IMG/VR virus record: IMGVR_UViG_2882593062_000003 | DNA from: an uncultured virus (IMG/VR IMGVR_UViG_2882593062_000003) | Taxonomy: Duplodnaviria > Heunggongvirae > Uroviricota > Caudoviricetes | Reading direction: 5' to 3' (one strand) | DNA length: 64,000 nucleotides | Shown: positions 61,364-64,000 of the stretch, in pieces | Layout: each line of letters begins with the position of its first letter | Numbering within the stretch: position 1 is the stretch's first letter | The notes under the pieces: generated by a model | The model's database searches: none | Told to the model about the DNA's origin: nothing | Seen by the model: the letters and a program-made list of their open reading frames with translations, nothing else | Made by a program: the position numbers and the translations under genes

Positions 61364-61672
61364 ATGAGCACGGAGCAAAACTACGACAATGCCTCCTTTG
61401 GCGCAAGTGCGCCCCAACCTGGCCCCGCATCTTCCGACCTGCGGCCCCGCATCTTCCCCGGCGAAACCGGCGTTTTCTATCCCGCCGACCTTTACTTTCA
61501 GGAACTGGCCCGGCGTGAAAAGCTGCTGGCGCGTCACATCGATCACCGCGATCAGGTGATCGATTCTCAGAAACGACTCATCGACCGCTTGCTGACGCTG
61601 CTAAAGAACCAGCTGCCTCAGCCTAAACCCGCTACGGCCGACACCTTTCCCTACCGCTTCTCCCAAAACTGA
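61364..61672 (+). CDS. conserved 102-aa protein (copy B)
   Basis: Only a few substitutions versus copy A. Confidence 0.75.
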   Translation: MSTEQNYDNASFGASAPQPGPASSDLRPRIFPGETGVFYPADLYFQELARREKLLARHIDHRDQVIDSQKRLIDRLLTLLKNQLPQPKPATADTFPYRFSQN

Positions 61673-61681
61673 TTCTTTCCC

Positions 61682-63127
61682 ATGAATGCCTCTAGCTTTC
61701 AGGCTGGCCCCTTCTCCGGGCCCGCCCTCTACACCACGCTCTCGCACAAGCCCCTGCGCTGCCGCTTCGAGTTCAGAAAGAACCGGCGGACCCTGCAAGC
61801 CAGCCCGGCCGGAATAATTCAGGTGCTGATCTTTCTGGGTGAGGAAGCCTCCGCCCCGCTTTCCACGAAGATCGAAACCACCCGGCCCGTCTGGGAGAAC
61901 CGCTACCGCTTTCCCAACCGGCCCGACTCCATTGACCTCAACACCAAGATCGAAGGCTTTCGCCGGAGGCTGGAACTGGCTCACCTGCTGCTGATACAGG
62001 AGAAGATTGGGCCGACCCCGCGAAACCTCTACCAACTGGCCGTGTGGATGCAGAAACGCCACCAGCGCACGGGCTTCGACCCCCAGACGGAAGCCTTTCA
62101 CCCGGACGCGGAAGTCCAGCACACCTTTCGCAAGGAAGCCACCGAAATGCTGAAAGGAATTCGTCGGAAGGTCGTCACGCTGGAAAGCCTCTACGGAGAG
62201 TTTATCGCCGTGCGGGGCAGACTCATCAACGACAACCGGTTCACTCGGGACGGAGAGCAGATCAGCACCGCTACCTACCAGTCGTATGGCTATCGGTGGA
62301 AGCTGATCGAAACCTTTCTCAGGGAAAATAACCTCGCCGAACGGTCTCTGTTGGAGGTAACGGCTGCCGATGCGGTGAACCTGAAAGAGTTTTTGCAGGG
62401 ACAGTCCTCGCGCTACGGCCGGCCGGTCAAACACTCCACCATCGCCTATACGGTCACGTTTCTTCGGCAACTGCTGGATTATGCCGTGCTGAAAGGCTAC
62501 CTGAAATACAACCCCCTGCACGCCGTGCGCAACGGGGGCAAGTCAAAAGCCAGCCCTAAGCCTCTGACCTTCGAGCAAATGGACTTCCTCGAACGGATGG
62601 ACTTACCCCACGACCTGCAACACTACCTCGAAAGCTGGCTGGTGGCGGCTGAACTCTGCCTGCACCACGCCGATTTCATGGAACTGCCCACGATGCACTT
62701 TAAGACCGATGCGGTCAGCGGGAGACGCTACTTCATTCACCCGCGGGTTAAACAGCGCCGGGCCGACATTCACATGTACGTCGATGTGACGCCCCGCGCC
62801 GAACGCCTGCTGGCGAAGTGGGGTGGGGTGAAGGGGCTAAAGTACGCCGGTTACAGTCTGTACCATGCCCGGCTGATGCAGATCAGCCTGTTGGCAGGTC
62901 TGCGGGACAACAAGGGTAAGCCGATCAAACTAACCTTCGGCATGGGCCGGGATACGGGCCTGACGCACCGGGCGATGCTGAAAACGCCCACGCTGGTCCT
63001 GCAGGCGAACGCGGGGCATACCTCCTCCGAAATGCTGACGAAGTACGTCGATGCCGGAGAGCAGCTACTCCTCAGCCAGATGGCCCAAACCAATCCCTAT
63101 CCTCTTCAAACGCTATCCCTCCGATGA
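61682..63127 (+). CDS. tyrosine recombinase-like protein (copy B)
   Basis: Same length as copy A, roughly 94% identical by hand count. Confidence 0.8.
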   Translation: MNASSFQAGPFSGPALYTTLSHKPLRCRFEFRKNRRTLQASPAGIIQVLIFLGEEASAPLSTKIETTRPVWENRYRFPNRPDSIDLNTKIEGFRRRLELAHLLLIQEKIGPTPRNLYQLAVWMQKRHQRTGFDPQTEAFHPDAEVQHTFRKEATEMLKGIRRKVVTLESLYGEFIAVRGRLINDNRFTRDGEQISTATYQSYGYRWKLIETFLRENNLAERSLLEVTAADAVNLKEFLQGQSSRYGRPVKHSTIAYTVTFLRQLLDYAVLKGYLKYNPLHAVRNGGKSKASPKPLTFEQMDFLERMDLPHDLQHYLESWLVAAELCLHHADFMELPTMHFKTDAVSGRRYFIHPRVKQRRADIHMYVDVTPRAERLLAKWGGVKGLKYAGYSLYHARLMQISLLAGLRDNKGKPIKLTFGMGRDTGLTHRAMLKTPTLVLQANAGHTSSEMLTKYVDAGEQLLLSQMAQTNPYPLQTLSLR

Positions 63128-63861
63128 ACGCGCTGATTCCCATTCAACAGCAATCCGGGCGCACGGTGGTGTCTGCTCGTGACCTGCACACCTTTCTGGA
63201 GGATAAACAAAAGTTTGCCGACTGGATTAAAAAACGGATTCAAAAGTACGAGTTGGTGGAGGGCGAAGATTATCTCACGTTTTCATTAAATTCTGAAAAC
63301 GGAGGGCGCTCGATTGAATACGCTCTGACGGTGGAAGCGGCCAAGGAACTGGCGATGGTTCAGGGCAACGAGAAGGGCAAACAGGCCCGGCGCTACTTCA
63401 TCGAATGCGAAAAGCGGTTACAGCAGACCGTTCCCGCCCCCGAAGCAGTGGCGGGCGGTTCGGCGGAACTGATGCTGCAACAAGCGGCCCTGTTGGTCAA
63501 CCACGCCCAGCAACTCACCGAGCAAAGCGGCCGGTTGGCGAAGCTGGAAACGCTGGTCACGCACCTGATTTCGGGCGGTCGCTACAGCCAGGCCGCCCCG
63601 GTCGCCCCGCCCCCACCTTCGACCAGCCGGGAGGAAATCAACAAGCTCATCAACGACTACTGCGGAGAGCGGGACATTCCCCAGCACGAAGCCTGGAACT
63701 GGCTGTATGACCGGCTCTATCAGCTTTACCGGGTCAACATCCGGGGGTATCGCCGTCAGCCGGGCGTCTCGCTGCTGGAAGTGGCCGAGCGGCACGGTCA
63801 TCTGGAAAAGCTGTACGGCATCATTATGTCCGAACTCTTCTACCATGACTACACTCCGTGA
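63124..63861 (+). CDS. AntA/AntB antirepressor family protein (copy B)
   Basis: VSARDLH.FL....FADWIK.RI...ARRYFIECEK. Confidence 0.85.
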   Translation: MNALIPIQQQSGRTVVSARDLHTFLEDKQKFADWIKKRIQKYELVEGEDYLTFSLNSENGGRSIEYALTVEAAKELAMVQGNEKGKQARRYFIECEKRLQQTVPAPEAVAGGSAELMLQQAALLVNHAQQLTEQSGRLAKLETLVTHLISGGRYSQAAPVAPPPPSTSREEINKLINDYCGERDIPQHEAWNWLYDRLYQLYRVNIRGYRRQPGVSLLEVAERHGHLEKLYGIIMSELFYHDYTP

Positions 63862-64000
63862 CCGGCCTGCCCAGCCCATTAAAGTCGCCGTCTTCACGCT
63901 TCGCATTGGGGCGAATACGGATTGGGTGTACCTCAGCCAGATCGTGCGCTTTGAAGCGGCCGGAAGCTATAGCTGGCTTATTTTGAAAGACGGACGAAAA
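63845..64000 (+). CDS. LytTR protein (copy B), truncated by window end
   Basis: MTTLRDRPAQPIKVAVFTLRIGANTDWVYLSQIVRFEAAGSYSWLIL. Confidence 0.8.
   Translation, partial: MTTLRDRPAQPIKVAVFTLRIGANTDWVYLSQIVRFEAAGSYSWLILKDGRK

Larger units (their letters stand above)
55151..64000 (+). mobile_element. candidate cassette B (continues past window end)
   Basis: Same order as cassette A: TMP 3' end, defence cargo, XRE, 102-aa ORF, recombinase, AntA, LytTR. Confidence 0.6.
61197..64000 (+). repeat. ~2.8-kb inverted repeat of ~32955-35753
   Basis: Collinear, highly similar genes and leader on opposite strands. Confidence 0.95.

Noticed and set aside
61601..62521. 306-aa minus-strand ORF conserved in part in both cores
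   Set aside because: Antisense shadow of the recombinase; the equivalent in copy A is broken into separate ORFs.

Overview
The window is a mosaic, probably degenerate or domesticated prophage region of a Bacteroidota host. The host assignment is inferred from TAnnTTTG promoters, Q-rule signal peptides and a DUF5675 lysin candidate. A GC-rich phage backbone comprises a replication/RuvC module (+, 1-3175) and a lysis, tail-fibre, tail and tape-measure (TMP) module (-, ~8.9-51.5 kb). No terminase, portal, capsid or recognisable major tail tube gene is visible. AT-rich cargo interrupts the backbone repeatedly: a lipoprotein HEAT-repeat NACHT NTPase, HicAB, HEPN and SLATT proteins, a GHKL/histidine kinase-receiver-HNH-methyltransferase operon, a Dcm/MvaI-like/Vsr RM locus and an ABC-three-component (Lamassu-like) system. 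Three features stand out. (1) Two inverted copies of one cassette design: TMP 3' end + variable defence cargo + conserved core (XRE, 102-aa ORF, atypical tyrosine recombinase, AntA, LytTR). The complete copy ends in a LAGLIDADG nuclease gene that abuts an orphaned TMP 3' end. (2) Six copies of an unannotated leader element, GCTACCGGACTGCG-N18-23-CGCAGTCC(T)ATG, placed exactly at the starts of the tail-module segments and of gene-start remnants. (3) Tail fibre/spike-like proteins that carry Sec-type signal peptides. All calls come from reading motifs by eye; no database searches were run.
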